Shown: positions 11,164 to 21,723, counted from the first letter of the stretch. The stretch is DNA of 64,000 bases from Candidatus Latescibacterota bacterium (GCA_965198115.1 OZ240241.1:4032001-4096000), one strand, 5' to 3'. Translations and numbers: made by a program. Notes: generated from the letters alone by a model not told the origin.

Positions 11164-11191
11164 AATATAGCGCCTACCCCGGCAATGTCAA
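11164..11191 (-). promoter_or_regulatory. Sigma-70 promoter for the tRNA-like RNA and passenger genes
   Basis: TTGACA-16 nt-TATATT on the minus strand; the -10 box ends 19 nt upstream of the cloverleaf. Confidence 0.7.
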
Positions 11192-11246
11192 CCCCCAATT
11201 CTTGAAATTGGGGGGTTTTTCGTGCCCCCAAACACCAAAATTGGCG

Positions 11247-11275
11247 TTGACACAGTGAGCGCCAATCTTTATGTT
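11247..11275 (+). promoter_or_regulatory. Sigma-70 promoter for the IS1 transposase
   Basis: TTGACA-17 nt-TATGTT; separated from the divergent promoter by a hairpin (acccccaatt/aattggggggt, ~11191-11216). Confidence 0.65.
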
Positions 11276-11306
11276 AGGGTTACACGTTAAGGTAAAGGGC
11301 ACCGCA

Positions 11307-12128
11307 ATGGCTAACAATCTGAAGCGCGAAAAGCAGGAAATGGCGATTAACTGCCTGGTGGAGGGAATGAGCGTCCGTTCCGTCGAGCGGCTGACGGGCG
11401 TCCACCGCGATACGATCCTGCGGTTGATGGTGCGGGTCGGGAACGGCTGTAAGACGATGATGGATGAAACCCTACGGGGTCTGTCCTGCAAGCGGATTCA
11501 AGTGGACGAAGTGTGGGGTTTCATCGCGAAGAAGGAACGGCACATCAAATACGGCGATCCCGAGGAATACGGCGATGTTTGAACGTGGGTCGCGCTTGAC
11601 GCAGACACCAAGCTGGTTCCGGCCTATAGAGTGGGCAGGAGGAACGGGCAGGTTGCGCGGGAGTTTCTTGGCGACCTGGCCTCCCGCTTGGACTCACGTA
11701 TTCAGCTTTCGTCCGACGCCTTTAGTGCTTACAAGGATGCCGTAGATGAACAGTGGGGCCCGGCCGTCGATTACGCGCAAATCGTAAAATCCTTTGAAGC
11801 GGAGCCCATCGGGCCGGGTAGGTATTCGCCCCCGAAGGTGTCGGCCGTCCACAAAGACGTGATTATGGGTGAACCCGACATGGGCCACGTATCCACGTCC
11901 TACGTCGAGCGCCAGAACCTAACGATGCGCATGTCGATGCGTCGGCTGACGCGGCTCACCAATGCCTTCAGCAAAAAGGGAGATAACCTGAAAGCGGCTG
12001 TCTCCCTACACTTTGCTCATTACAATTTCGCCCGCATCCATAAGACGCTGAGGGTGGCCCCGGCGATGGAAGCGGGCGTGACGAATCGGCTTTGGACCGT
12101 GGGTGATCTACTCGACTGCGCGGCGTGA
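11307..12128 (+). pseudogene. IS1-family transposase with one in-frame TGA (11580-11582)
   Basis: HTH (LVEGMSVRSVERLTGVHRDTI), IQVDEVWGF, SSDAFSAY and STSYVERQNLTMR. The two track ORFs share a frame and join as GDV*TWVALD, where Trp is expected. Confidence 0.88.
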
Positions 12129-12182
12129 AATTAGGACACTACCTAATACTTACTCCACTGCAGACTAAGCGAATCTAAAGGC

Positions 12183-12800
12183 TCAAGAATCGCGAACCAC
12201 GGTAGCTTTTCCGTTCGTCAGGTTCCGAATCGCATTCGACAGCCCTTCGACCCGTTCCGTCGGCAACCACAAACGAAACGTCGCATCTGTAGCATACTCC
12301 TCATCGACCATCTCGGCCTCGTAGTCAGGCAGAAGTCGTTTCATTTGGTCGACAAACGCATAGTCGAACCGAACGTGGATGGACAACCGATCGACCTTTT
12401 CTACCAGCTCCGCGGTGGACAGTGCGTGCTGGACACCCGATGAATACGCACGAACCAACCCGCCCTTGCCGAGCTTCGTCCCGCCGAAATAACGCGTTAC
12501 GACCACAGCCACGTCACCCGCGCCTCCGTGAACGAGGACGTTCAGCATCGGTCGACCGGCCGTACCGTGCGGTTCGCCGTCGTCGCTCATCCCCACCGTG
12601 CCCGTCGAGCCTGGCGGGCCGATCAAGAAGGCCCAGCAGTTGTGGCTCGCGTCGGCGTAGGTCTTCCGCACCTCCTCGACGAGACCCTTGGCGGCGTCGA
12701 CGCCGACCGCCGTGTCGAGGGTCGTGATGAACCGCGACCGTTTCACTTCGTCCTCCACGCGAACGCGGCCGGCCGGGATCGGATAGCGCGAACGAGACAC
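12183..12800 (-). CDS. yigZ: YigZ/IMPACT family protein
   Basis: KRSRFI, DASHNCWAF, SDDGEPHGTAGRPML and TRYFGGTKLGKGGLVRAY motifs. Confidence 0.93.
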   Translation of the reverse strand: MSRSRYPIPAGRVRVEDEVKRSRFITTLDTAVGVDAAKGLVEEVRKTYADASHNCWAFLIGPPGSTGTVGMSDDGEPHGTAGRPMLNVLVHGGAGDVAVVVTRYFGGTKLGKGGLVRAYSSGVQHALSTAELVEKVDRLSIHVRFDYAFVDQMKRLLPDYEAEMVDEEYATDATFRLWLPTERVEGLSNAIRNLTNGKATVVRDS

Positions 12801-12804
12801 GACG

Positions 12805-13821
12805 TCACATCTCCAGCATCGCTTTGACCACACCTGCTTCAGGCTTCAGCCACCCCGGAAACGCCTCCACGAACGTCGCATACGTTGCCCGGTGTGTGAT
12901 CCACGGTGACGTATCGACCCGGCCCGACTCCATCAGCTCGATGATGCGGCGGAAGTCCTCCGCGCGTGAATTCCGCGTGGCCAACAAGGTCGTTTCACGT
13001 CGATGGAATTCTGGATCGTTGAATGTGATGTCGTCCTGTACCAATCCCACGAACACCAGGCGCCCACCGTTCGCGACGAAGCGGAAAGCACCGGCCATCG
13101 ACCGTGGATTGCCCGTCGCGTCGAAAACCACCGTCGGAAGATCTCCGTCGGTCCAGTCCATCACCTCCTCCAGCGCCGTATCGAGATCTGAAAACCCCCG
13201 CTCCACCTCGAATTGAGCGTGAGCGAACGTCATACGGCTGGGTGCCAGTTCCAGAAGCCCCACACGCGCTCCCGCAACGGTCGCGAATTGGACGACCGAC
13301 AGACCGATGGGCCCCGCACCGATGACGAGCACTTTTTCGTCAGGCTCAATCGTCGCACGATCGACCGCGTGAGCGCCGATGCCAAGCGTCTCCACCAAAG
13401 CGAGCTGGCTCGTTTCGAGCTCATCCGACCGGTGCAGTTTGGCCGCAGGCAGAAGAATCTCTTCCCGCATCCCTCCATCCGTGTGAACCCCCAGACACTG
13501 GAGCTGCGTGCAGCAGTTGGTCTTGCCCCGGCGACAGGCAATACAACTGCCACAGGTCAAATACGGCTCCACCGCACACCGATCACCCACGTTCACATCC
13601 GTCACTCCAGGGCCGACCTCCACAACGGTCACGCCCAGCTCGTGGCCCAGAATGCGTGGATAATCGAAAAAAGGCTGGCGTCCCCGAAAGGCGTGCAGGT
13701 CCGTGCCGCAGACACCGACACGCTCCACACGAACCCTCGCCTGCCCGCCACCCGGACTGGCGGGGGTTGCCGTGTCGTGGCGCTCGAACGCCTCAGGCTC
13801 CCTCAAAACGATCGTTTGCAC
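12805..13821 (-). CDS. Zinc-binding alcohol dehydrogenase family protein (sugar-acid/polyol dehydrogenase-like)
   Basis: GVCGTDLH, LGHE, CGSCIACRRGKTNCC and GAGPIG motifs. Confidence 0.92.
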   Translation of the reverse strand: MQTIVLREPEAFERHDTATPASPGGGQARVRVERVGVCGTDLHAFRGRQPFFDYPRILGHELGVTVVEVGPGVTDVNVGDRCAVEPYLTCGSCIACRRGKTNCCTQLQCLGVHTDGGMREEILLPAAKLHRSDELETSQLALVETLGIGAHAVDRATIEPDEKVLVIGAGPIGLSVVQFATVAGARVGLLELAPSRMTFAHAQFEVERGFSDLDTALEEVMDWTDGDLPTVVFDATGNPRSMAGAFRFVANGGRLVFVGLVQDDITFNDPEFHRRETTLLATRNSRAEDFRRIIELMESGRVDTSPWITHRATYATFVEAFPGWLKPEAGVVKAMLEM

Positions 13822-13912
13822 GATGACCTCACACCTCAGATGTCCAGGACCTTGGATTAGACGCGGCGGCTTGCGTCCGTAGCCACCGCCAAACTGTAGG
13901 ATCGATTCTGTC

Positions 13913-13950
13913 AAAAAGAAAAGCCCCGAAGGCATTGAGCCTCCGGAGCG
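13913..13950 (-). terminator. Intrinsic terminator
   Basis: Minus strand reads gctccggaggc-tcaat-gccttcggggc followed by ttttcttttt. Confidence 0.75.
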
Positions 13951-13971
13951 TCCGATTCCTCGTCCGGGTGG

Positions 13972-14205
13972 TCAGATGGTGATGTCGATACTCACCCCAA
14001 CCCCGTTGGGTGAAGCCCGATTGACGACCCGGGAAACGAGATCTGCTCCGGCCGCCGAGGACGTGTTCGAATTGGAGTTGCCATCGACCTTGATCGGCCG
14101 GCCAGATGTGAGGGGCGGCATCGTCGTACGGGGAATGAGCCCGTTCGAGTTAACGTTGGATGAGGATACCTGTCCCGGCACCGTGCACCTCCTGCACTGA
14201 ACCAA
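13972..14205 (-). CDS. Small hypothetical protein (start uncertain)
   Basis: Fills the gap between the DUF554 gene and the terminator; ends GVSIDITI. Confidence 0.4.
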   Translation of the reverse strand: MVQCRRCTVPGQVSSSNVNSNGLIPRTTMPPLTSGRPIKVDGNSNSNTSSAAGADLVSRVVNRASPNGVGVSIDITI

Positions 14206-14208
14206 CCA

Positions 14209-14898
14209 TCAGATACTCAGCTTCCCGACGACCCATAAAATTAACGGCGCAAACGCCAGCGAGGGAAGGAAATTCGCCACCCTGACACGAGCCACGTCGA
14301 GCAAGGAAAGCCCTACGCCTACGATAATCAGGCCGCCGGCAGCCTCCATCTCCAAAACTGAGGCCTCCGACAACAGCGTTTGCAAACCCGTCGCCCCGAG
14401 CGTGAGCGTTCCCTGTAGCAACAGCACGGTCACCGCAGAAAACATCACGCCCACCCCGAACGTCGCCGCGAAAGCGAAAGAGGCGAATCCGTCGAGGACG
14501 GACTTGGTGGCCAGAAGCTCGAAGTTGCCCGAGAGGCCGTCCTGGATCGATCCGACCACCGTCAGAGGGCCGACGCAAAAGACGAGGCTCGAAGTAACGA
14601 ATCCTTCGCTGAACCGGCCGCCCCTCATCGAAAACCGCCGCTCGAGCCAGTCCCCAATCGCATCCAGACGGCCCTGTATGCGGATGCCCTCTCCGACCAA
14701 TGCGCCGAGAAGCGTGCTCCCCAGAAGAATGAGCACGTGATCCGTCTTGAGGGCCATTCGTGTGCCGATCAGGAGCGTGAACAGACCGATGCCGGCGAAA
14801 GTCGTCTGGCGCACACGTTCGGGCAATCGACCACCCACCACGAGTCCGACGGAACTTCCCGCCAGTACGGTCGCCACATTGATCAGGGTTCCCGTCAC
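14209..14898 (-). CDS. DUF554 family membrane protein
   Basis: GTLINVATVLAG, GFVTSSLVFCVGPL, LATKSVLDG and RVANFLPSL motifs. Confidence 0.9.
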   Translation of the reverse strand: MTGTLINVATVLAGSSVGLVVGGRLPERVRQTTFAGIGLFTLLIGTRMALKTDHVLILLGSTLLGALVGEGIRIQGRLDAIGDWLERRFSMRGGRFSEGFVTSSLVFCVGPLTVVGSIQDGLSGNFELLATKSVLDGFASFAFAATFGVGVMFSAVTVLLLQGTLTLGATGLQTLLSEASVLEMEAAGGLIIVGVGLSLLDVARVRVANFLPSLAFAPLILWVVGKLSI

Positions 14899-15326
14899 GT
14901 TTCGTTCCGCAGGGATGCCCAATCGGAAAACGGCAAGGACGCGTGCGTCTGCGCGATACGCCAGCGACCGTCCTCCCAAACGACGACGATCGACCAGCGC
15001 TCACCCGTCACGCGATAGGTCTTATCATTCTGCACGCCAGCGCCATCCCACAAGAACGTCGCCCAGGCGACATCGCCGTGAATCCTCACGAGCGTGTCTC
15101 TCCGTTCGAGCTCTACATCCTCCCACGCCGCCAGGTGTCGCAACCACACGTCGCGCACCGGCTCCAATCCAGCGACCCGACCCACGGACCCTGTGAAGAT
15201 CGCAACAGGGTCGAACGAAAGAAGCCCCGTCAAGGCATCGCCGTCACCGTTCTGAACGGCGTTCGTCAGCGTCGTCAGCAGAGACTCGATCTCGACGACA
15301 TCCGGATGCGTTGACCGATCGTGCAC
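14895..15326 (-). CDS. SnoaL/NTF2-like protein
   Basis: IHGDVAWATF...RWSIVVVWEDGRWRIAQTHAS pattern. Confidence 0.85.
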   Translation of the reverse strand: MHDRSTHPDVVEIESLLTTLTNAVQNGDGDALTGLLSFDPVAIFTGSVGRVAGLEPVRDVWLRHLAAWEDVELERRDTLVRIHGDVAWATFLWDGAGVQNDKTYRVTGERWSIVVVWEDGRWRIAQTHASLPFSDWASLRNET

Positions 15327-15328
15327 GC

Positions 15329-15673
15329 TCAGTGAGAGAGGTGCTCGCCCGTGATCTTGCAGCAGTCGGGGAGCGAGGCGTAGGCAGTGGAATCGGCCGA
15401 AACGCCGTTTGCATCGTAACCGGAAGCAGCGATGGCGTTCGCAAGTGCCTGTGGACCGGTCGATCCATCGTTGTAAGAAACACGTACCTGTTTCGCCTTC
15501 AAATCGACGGCCACGCGTCGAACCCCATCGACCTTCTCTACGGCTCGCTTTACCGTCGTTTCACAGTGTGCACACTGGAGGGTCGGGGTGTCGATCGTTG
15601 TCTGACGCGCCTCCGTCGTGTCACACGCCCAGAGGGCGGCCATCATCATAAGTCCTGCGATGATCCTGTGCAC
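15329..15673 (-). CDS. Heavy-metal-associated (MerP/CopZ-like) exported protein
   Basis: Signal/lipobox LWAC, metal motif QCAHC and C-terminal LPDCCK. Confidence 0.88.
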   Translation of the reverse strand: MHRIIAGLMMMAALWACDTTEARQTTIDTPTLQCAHCETTVKRAVEKVDGVRRVAVDLKAKQVRVSYNDGSTGPQALANAIAASGYDANGVSADSTAYASLPDCCKITGEHLSH

Positions 15674-15797
15674 GCCTTCTCCTTTCTCAATGCCCGAAAC
15701 CATACGGGATCCCCCATGACCTGTCAAGAGAGGCCACCAACGCAAAAGGGGGACGAGACAACAACGTCTCATCCCCCTCTCCTAAACTCAAAAACGG

Positions 15798-17582
15798 CTA
15801 TTCGGCGAGCGTTCCCCGGTTGTCGGCCTCGTCCTCGACGTCCGCCCGCTCCACGATGCTCTCCTGTTCCAAAGCAACCTTCTGCGTGATTTCCACAAGC
15901 TCGTAGAGCTCCTCCACCTGGCGCTGGATGTGACCGCGAATCTCGGCCTGCCCATCCGCCAACTCGATCAGGAGCCGTCCCTGCGAGGTTGTCTCTTCGA
16001 CATCCCTTGCAAGCCGGTCGAGGGCCGTCCCGCCTCGCTTCGAAAGACGCCCTGTCTGGCGCGCCGACCACCCCGACCCTTCGATGTGTGACGCCATCTC
16101 ATCCAGATCCTGGCGAACCTGAACGACACGTTCTTCGATCTCCCGCTGTAGACGCGCCACTTCGGGCCCCAGGTCGGAAATCGCTTCAACGACCGCCGCG
16201 AGTCCGCCGCTCTCCGTCTCCGCGCGACCCAACTCCACTCGCGCGGACAGAACGAGATGATCGATCGAGCTCTGCAGACGTGCAATCGATCGCGTCATCG
16301 TTTCGGACTCGTTCAGACGCCCACGTAGGCGAGTCGCGGCTTCGTGTACCATCTCGCCGTAGGCGGTCGCCTCTCTCGCCCCGTCGACGAGGTCCCAGAG
16401 GGATTCGGCTCGCTCGTTCGTCCGATCACCCGTTCGCTCGATCTGCTGACGGATCTCGTCGATCGATCGACGGAGGCTGTCGCCCTCGCTGCTCAGCGCT
16501 TGAATCGAGGATCTCACTCCCGCAAGACGTTCACCCAGGACGCGAACACTGCGCGTGACCAGGGAGGCCCCCCGCTTGAGTTCCTCCACGTCCCCCCGAT
16601 CCATCGATCGAGCCGGAGCCCCGTTTTGAGGGAGGGTGGTTTCTTCATCGAGGGGCTCATCGATCAACTCGAACCCTCCCTCCAGCAGGTCATCCTCCAT
16701 CGTCTCGAGTTCCTCGACCTCTGCGAGGATGTTCTCGTCGATCCCTAAGTTCGGGTCCATCAGCGGTTCGAAATCGCCCTCTTCTTCCACATCGGAAATC
16801 GCGAAGACGTCCGCCTCGTCAACCGTGCCCTCGTGAGGCTCGACCACTTCCCAAAAGACCGACGGACCTGCGAACTCCGATTCCTCGTCTAACACAGCGC
16901 TGGCCACGAACCGGACGTGGTGCGGGCCAATCTTGAACGTCGTTTCATACGGAAGATGGTCGGGGTCGGATAGCGCCTCAGCGGCGGCGGCGGGGTCGGG
17001 GTAAAGCGTCGAAATCCGTTCCCCAGACAGCGCAGTTGTGTCGATGGACAAGTGGTCGTTCAGCTGGAACAGCATCGACTTCGACGTGTCATTCTGGTAG
17101 ACGATGCGCAGATCCGCATCCGCCAACACGACGCCCATTGGAGCCGATTCCGCCAATGATCGGAACTTGGTCAGGGCGTTCAGCTGTTCCTGCAGGTATT
17201 CCTTTGAGCGTTCGGCAGCCTGCTTTTCGACCTCGATATCCCGAACCTGAGTCTCGAGATCCTCGACCATGTCGTTGAAGCCGCGCGCCATACGACGCAT
17301 CTCATCGGGCCCCTCGACTGGTAGCCGAGGATGCATGTCACCCGCCCGCATGCGCGTGAATGCGTCGACGATCGAGAGCACAGGGTTCAGTGCCCGCTCC
17401 ATCATGGAATAGAAGGCAACACCACACAGCCCAACGAATACGAAAGCGGCGAGGAACAGATGGGGGGCGTCGACTTGCTCCGGCACCAGAGAAATGATCA
17501 CGGGAGCGAACCAGCCAAGCGCGAGCGCGGCGAGAATCAGACCGACTGCGATGACCGTGAGTGTGAACCTCAGATTCGCCAT
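15798..17582 (-). CDS. Chemoreceptor-like protein (2 TM, HAMP, PAS, acidic linker, degenerate methyl-accepting domain)
   Basis: HAMP motif GPDEMRRMARGFNDMV, PAS motif ESAPMGVVLADADLRIVYQN, and an MCP-like tip LVLSARVELGRA. Confidence 0.7.
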   Translation of the reverse strand: MANLRFTLTVIAVGLILAALALGWFAPVIISLVPEQVDAPHLFLAAFVFVGLCGVAFYSMMERALNPVLSIVDAFTRMRAGDMHPRLPVEGPDEMRRMARGFNDMVEDLETQVRDIEVEKQAAERSKEYLQEQLNALTKFRSLAESAPMGVVLADADLRIVYQNDTSKSMLFQLNDHLSIDTTALSGERISTLYPDPAAAAEALSDPDHLPYETTFKIGPHHVRFVASAVLDEESEFAGPSVFWEVVEPHEGTVDEADVFAISDVEEEGDFEPLMDPNLGIDENILAEVEELETMEDDLLEGGFELIDEPLDEETTLPQNGAPARSMDRGDVEELKRGASLVTRSVRVLGERLAGVRSSIQALSSEGDSLRRSIDEIRQQIERTGDRTNERAESLWDLVDGAREATAYGEMVHEAATRLRGRLNESETMTRSIARLQSSIDHLVLSARVELGRAETESGGLAAVVEAISDLGPEVARLQREIEERVVQVRQDLDEMASHIEGSGWSARQTGRLSKRGGTALDRLARDVEETTSQGRLLIELADGQAEIRGHIQRQVEELYELVEITQKVALEQESIVERADVEDEADNRGTLAE

Positions 17583-17699
17583 GTGCGAGGGTCCTGAATG
17601 TTAGAAACGTTGGGAAAAACCGCCACTCTACCTTATCGACAAATCGAATAGATACTTGAACATGCCACGACTGCTCTAACCTGTCAACGTGCCCCATAG

Positions 17700-17737
17700 C
17701 AGAAGACCCCCACACCGAGCGGTGTAGGGGTCTTCTG
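17700..17737. terminator. Strong hairpin after the histone-like gene
   Basis: cagaagacccc-c-acacc-gagc-ggtgt-a-ggggtcttctg. Confidence 0.7.
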
Positions 17738-17755
17738 TGACAACTCGAAGCGAAC

Positions 17756-17962
17756 TTAGCGGCGGCGACGGGCGCTCTTCTTCGCTTTCTTGGCTTTTTT
17801 AGCCTTCTTGGCTTTTTTGGCCTTTTTGGCTTTCTTCGCCTTTTTGGCCGGCTTCTTAGCCCTTCTCGCTGAACGCTTGGCTGGCTTTTTCACCGTCCTT
17901 GCCGACTTTTTGGCGACGCGCTTTTTGGCCTTCTTCGTTTTCTTGGCCCTTTTTACCGGCAT
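17756..17962 (-). CDS. Small Lys/Ala/Arg-rich histone H1-like protein (68 aa)
   Basis: AAGGAGG RBS; AKK repeats encoded with varied codons; followed by a hairpin. Confidence 0.75.
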   Translation of the reverse strand: MPVKRAKKTKKAKKRVAKKSARTVKKPAKRSARRAKKPAKKAKKAKKAKKAKKAKKAKKAKKSARRRR

Positions 17963-18159
17963 CGCTTTCACCTCCTTCTCGTGGATTCGTAACAGCCGTT
18001 GGCGGTGTCCGCAGACGATCACACTTTAGGTCGACTTGACCAACTGTGAAACGCCCTTTATCTGCCGGTGAATATACGGCCGGTTCATTTCACGAATCAA
18101 GAAGATTCTGATTATTCAGCCACTATTTGACAGAGTTTTTAAGATCGAAACGACGCTGG

Positions 18160-19832
<1,673 letters not shown>

Positions 19833-19838
19833 TCGAAG

Positions 19839-19867
19839 AATATATCCGTCCTCAGGGCTCGTGTCAA
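19839..19867 (-). promoter_or_regulatory. Sigma-70 promoter of guaB
   Basis: TTGACA-17 nt-TATATT. Confidence 0.75.
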
Positions 19868-19881
19868 CAGACCCTCCGGGG

Positions 19882-19911
19882 TTGACCTCTCCTTCGTTCG
19901 GCGACTATAAT
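19882..19911 (+). promoter_or_regulatory. Divergent sigma-70 promoter
   Basis: TTGACC-18 nt-TATAAT upstream of the 19950 ORF. Confidence 0.6.
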
Positions 19912-19949
19912 AATAAGGAAGCGAATCGATCCAGGTCACGGAGGCGCAA

Positions 19950-20606
19950 GTGACGTTCATCGCCCTGATAGGCTTCATCCTGCTCGTCGTCGGACCGATC
20001 GTCATCGCCCTCTTATTCGGAGGGCGGCTTTTCGATCGGATGGACCGAAACCGGGCGGCTCAGCAACGACGACGACGAAACCTGACCACACGCGCTCTTC
20101 CCATCCAGTCCCGATCGATCGATGCCCTTCTGCAGACCGAAATCTCCAGGGATGAACTCGACGATCGGGTTGCACGGGCTCTCGAATCTTTTCGCACGCT
20201 CTCGCGTAGCGAGCCTGTACCGGTCGAGGTTTCTGAGGGGGCTCTGCGGGACGTAGAACAAACCATTCTGCGGCGTGAGTCTCGGTTCGTGACCTACTTC
20301 GACCTCGCACAGGTTCAGAGCGAAATGATCGAACTGCTTGACCGCGAGGTCTCGCTCCTCAGGGACTGGGCTGAAATACGAATCGATCTCGGGGCTCCCA
20401 GACCTTCCGTCGGCGATCCTTCCTACCGCGCCCCTGCCAAGGATTCGACCCCCACCGATCGTCTGCGGGACAGCATTGAACGAGCCGTCAGAAGGAGAGA
20501 CGATGCCGATCGGCAGATGCGCGGCTTGGGATCAGTGGGAGGTGCTGTTGATTTGAAGATTGGCGATGAGGATTCGGGACCCCATTCCGGGCGGAACCGA
20601 AGATGA
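19950..20606 (+). CDS. Hypothetical protein with an N-terminal membrane anchor
   Basis: GGAGG RBS, a hydrophobic N-terminus and a helical charged body. Confidence 0.7.
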   Translation: MTFIALIGFILLVVGPIVIALLFGGRLFDRMDRNRAAQQRRRRNLTTRALPIQSRSIDALLQTEISRDELDDRVARALESFRTLSRSEPVPVEVSEGALRDVEQTILRRESRFVTYFDLAQVQSEMIELLDREVSLLRDWAEIRIDLGAPRPSVGDPSYRAPAKDSTPTDRLRDSIERAVRRRDDADRQMRGLGSVGGAVDLKIGDEDSGPHSGRNRR

Positions 20607-20653
20607 GTCAGAACCGTTCAATATTACAAGCACTTAAGACACCCTGTTTTAGC

Positions 20654-20682
20654 TTGACAGGAAAAAATCGATTCATTAGATT
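20654..20682 (+). promoter_or_regulatory. Probable promoter of the TPR-exbBD-tonB cluster, now separated from it by the IS3 element
   Basis: TTGACA-17 nt-TAGATT in an AT-rich spacer. Confidence 0.55.
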
Positions 20683-20829
20683 TTGTAGCCTAGTAGCATA
20701 TTGCCCTTATTCTGCTCGCCGAAAACCTTGTTTAATAAGGATTTCGGCACTGTTTTTAGCACCCCGGGCTGCGGGAGTTATGTAGGATCTGTAAAGCCCG
20801 CGGTTGTCTGGACACTCGGGTGAGTGTAT

Positions 20830-21723
20830 TCAGGCGGCCTTTCGAGTTGCCGTGAGTGCGTTTCTAGCCTGTTCGGGCGTCTTGTAGCCGTGACGTTCGA
20901 TGATCCACCTGTGGTTGTATCTGTCCCGAAACTCAAGGAGTGCGAGGCGCAGGTCTTCGATGGTACTGAAGTGTCTAACCCACAGGAGGTTTTCTTTGAG
21001 GGTACGGATGAACCGCTCGGCGCATCCGTTGCCTTCTGGCTCACGCACGAAACTCGGCGATGTTTGGACGCCGAGGAATGCGATCTCGTTCTGGAAGTCG
21101 TCAGAGACGTATTGTGACCCGTGATCGTGTCGGAGCTCCAGTCCTTCGGCGATGTTTTCTTCGAAGCCCCCGAAGTGTTCACGGATGCCCTGTCGGATCG
21201 GCTCGAGAGCCTCAAAGCGGTTGGCCGTCTTGGAGGCGTGAATGCCCACACACTCGCACGTGCAGTGGTCGATCGCGATAAACACGGAGGCTCTGCCCTC
21301 GTCGACCGTGGGCGTCACAGTCAGGTCGGTGCCCCACATCTGATCGGGCTTCTCGGTCGTAATCGTGCCATCGTGGGCTCGTCGTTCGCGACGCCGTCCT
21401 GGACGCGCCTGGAGCCCGTTTTCACGCATCAACCGGCGGACCCGATCCTTTGACGTCCGCATACCGTGAAAGCGAAGCCTGGCCCAGATCTTGCGGTATC
21501 CTTCGCCGTGGAAGGGTGACGCGTCGATCTCCTGCTGAATGAGGGAGACCAATTCCTCATCGGTACCCGCTCCGACCGGGCCTCGCTTCCGGGGTTGCCG
21601 AAGATCGGTTACGGATGAACGACGAAGCTGGCTGTGCACCGTGGAACGGGGTATCTGCAACACTTTGCACACGCGTTTAATGCTGTAGCGTCTCCCCGTG
21701 GAGGGCGAAAGGACCTCACTCAT
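20830..21723 (-). CDS. IS3 family transposase OrfB (DDE integrase core)
   Basis: GYRKIWARL, WGTDLT, RHDHGSQY and NGCAERFIRTLKE motifs. Confidence 0.95.
   Translation of the reverse strand: MSEVLSPSTGRRYSIKRVCKVLQIPRSTVHSQLRRSSVTDLRQPRKRGPVGAGTDEELVSLIQQEIDASPFHGEGYRKIWARLRFHGMRTSKDRVRRLMRENGLQARPGRRRERRAHDGTITTEKPDQMWGTDLTVTPTVDEGRASVFIAIDHCTCECVGIHASKTANRFEALEPIRQGIREHFGGFEENIAEGLELRHDHGSQYVSDDFQNEIAFLGVQTSPSFVREPEGNGCAERFIRTLKENLLWVRHFSTIEDLRLALLEFRDRYNHRWIIERHGYKTPEQARNALTATRKAA

Larger units (their letters stand above)
9908..12143 (+). mobile_element. IS1-family cargo-carrying element (ISMhu11-like transporter IS), 2236 bp
   Basis: Perfect 16-bp terminal IRs ggtagtgtcctaattt (9908-9923) and aaattaggacactacc (12128-12143); 8-bp TSD taatactt at 9900-9907 and 12144-12151; contains the transposase plus divergent passengers. 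Confidence 0.93.

Noticed and set aside
11580-11582. Selenocysteine or an alternative genetic code in the IS1 transposase
   Set aside because: The position corresponds to Trp, not Cys, there is no convincing SECIS, and many genes in the window end at TGA.
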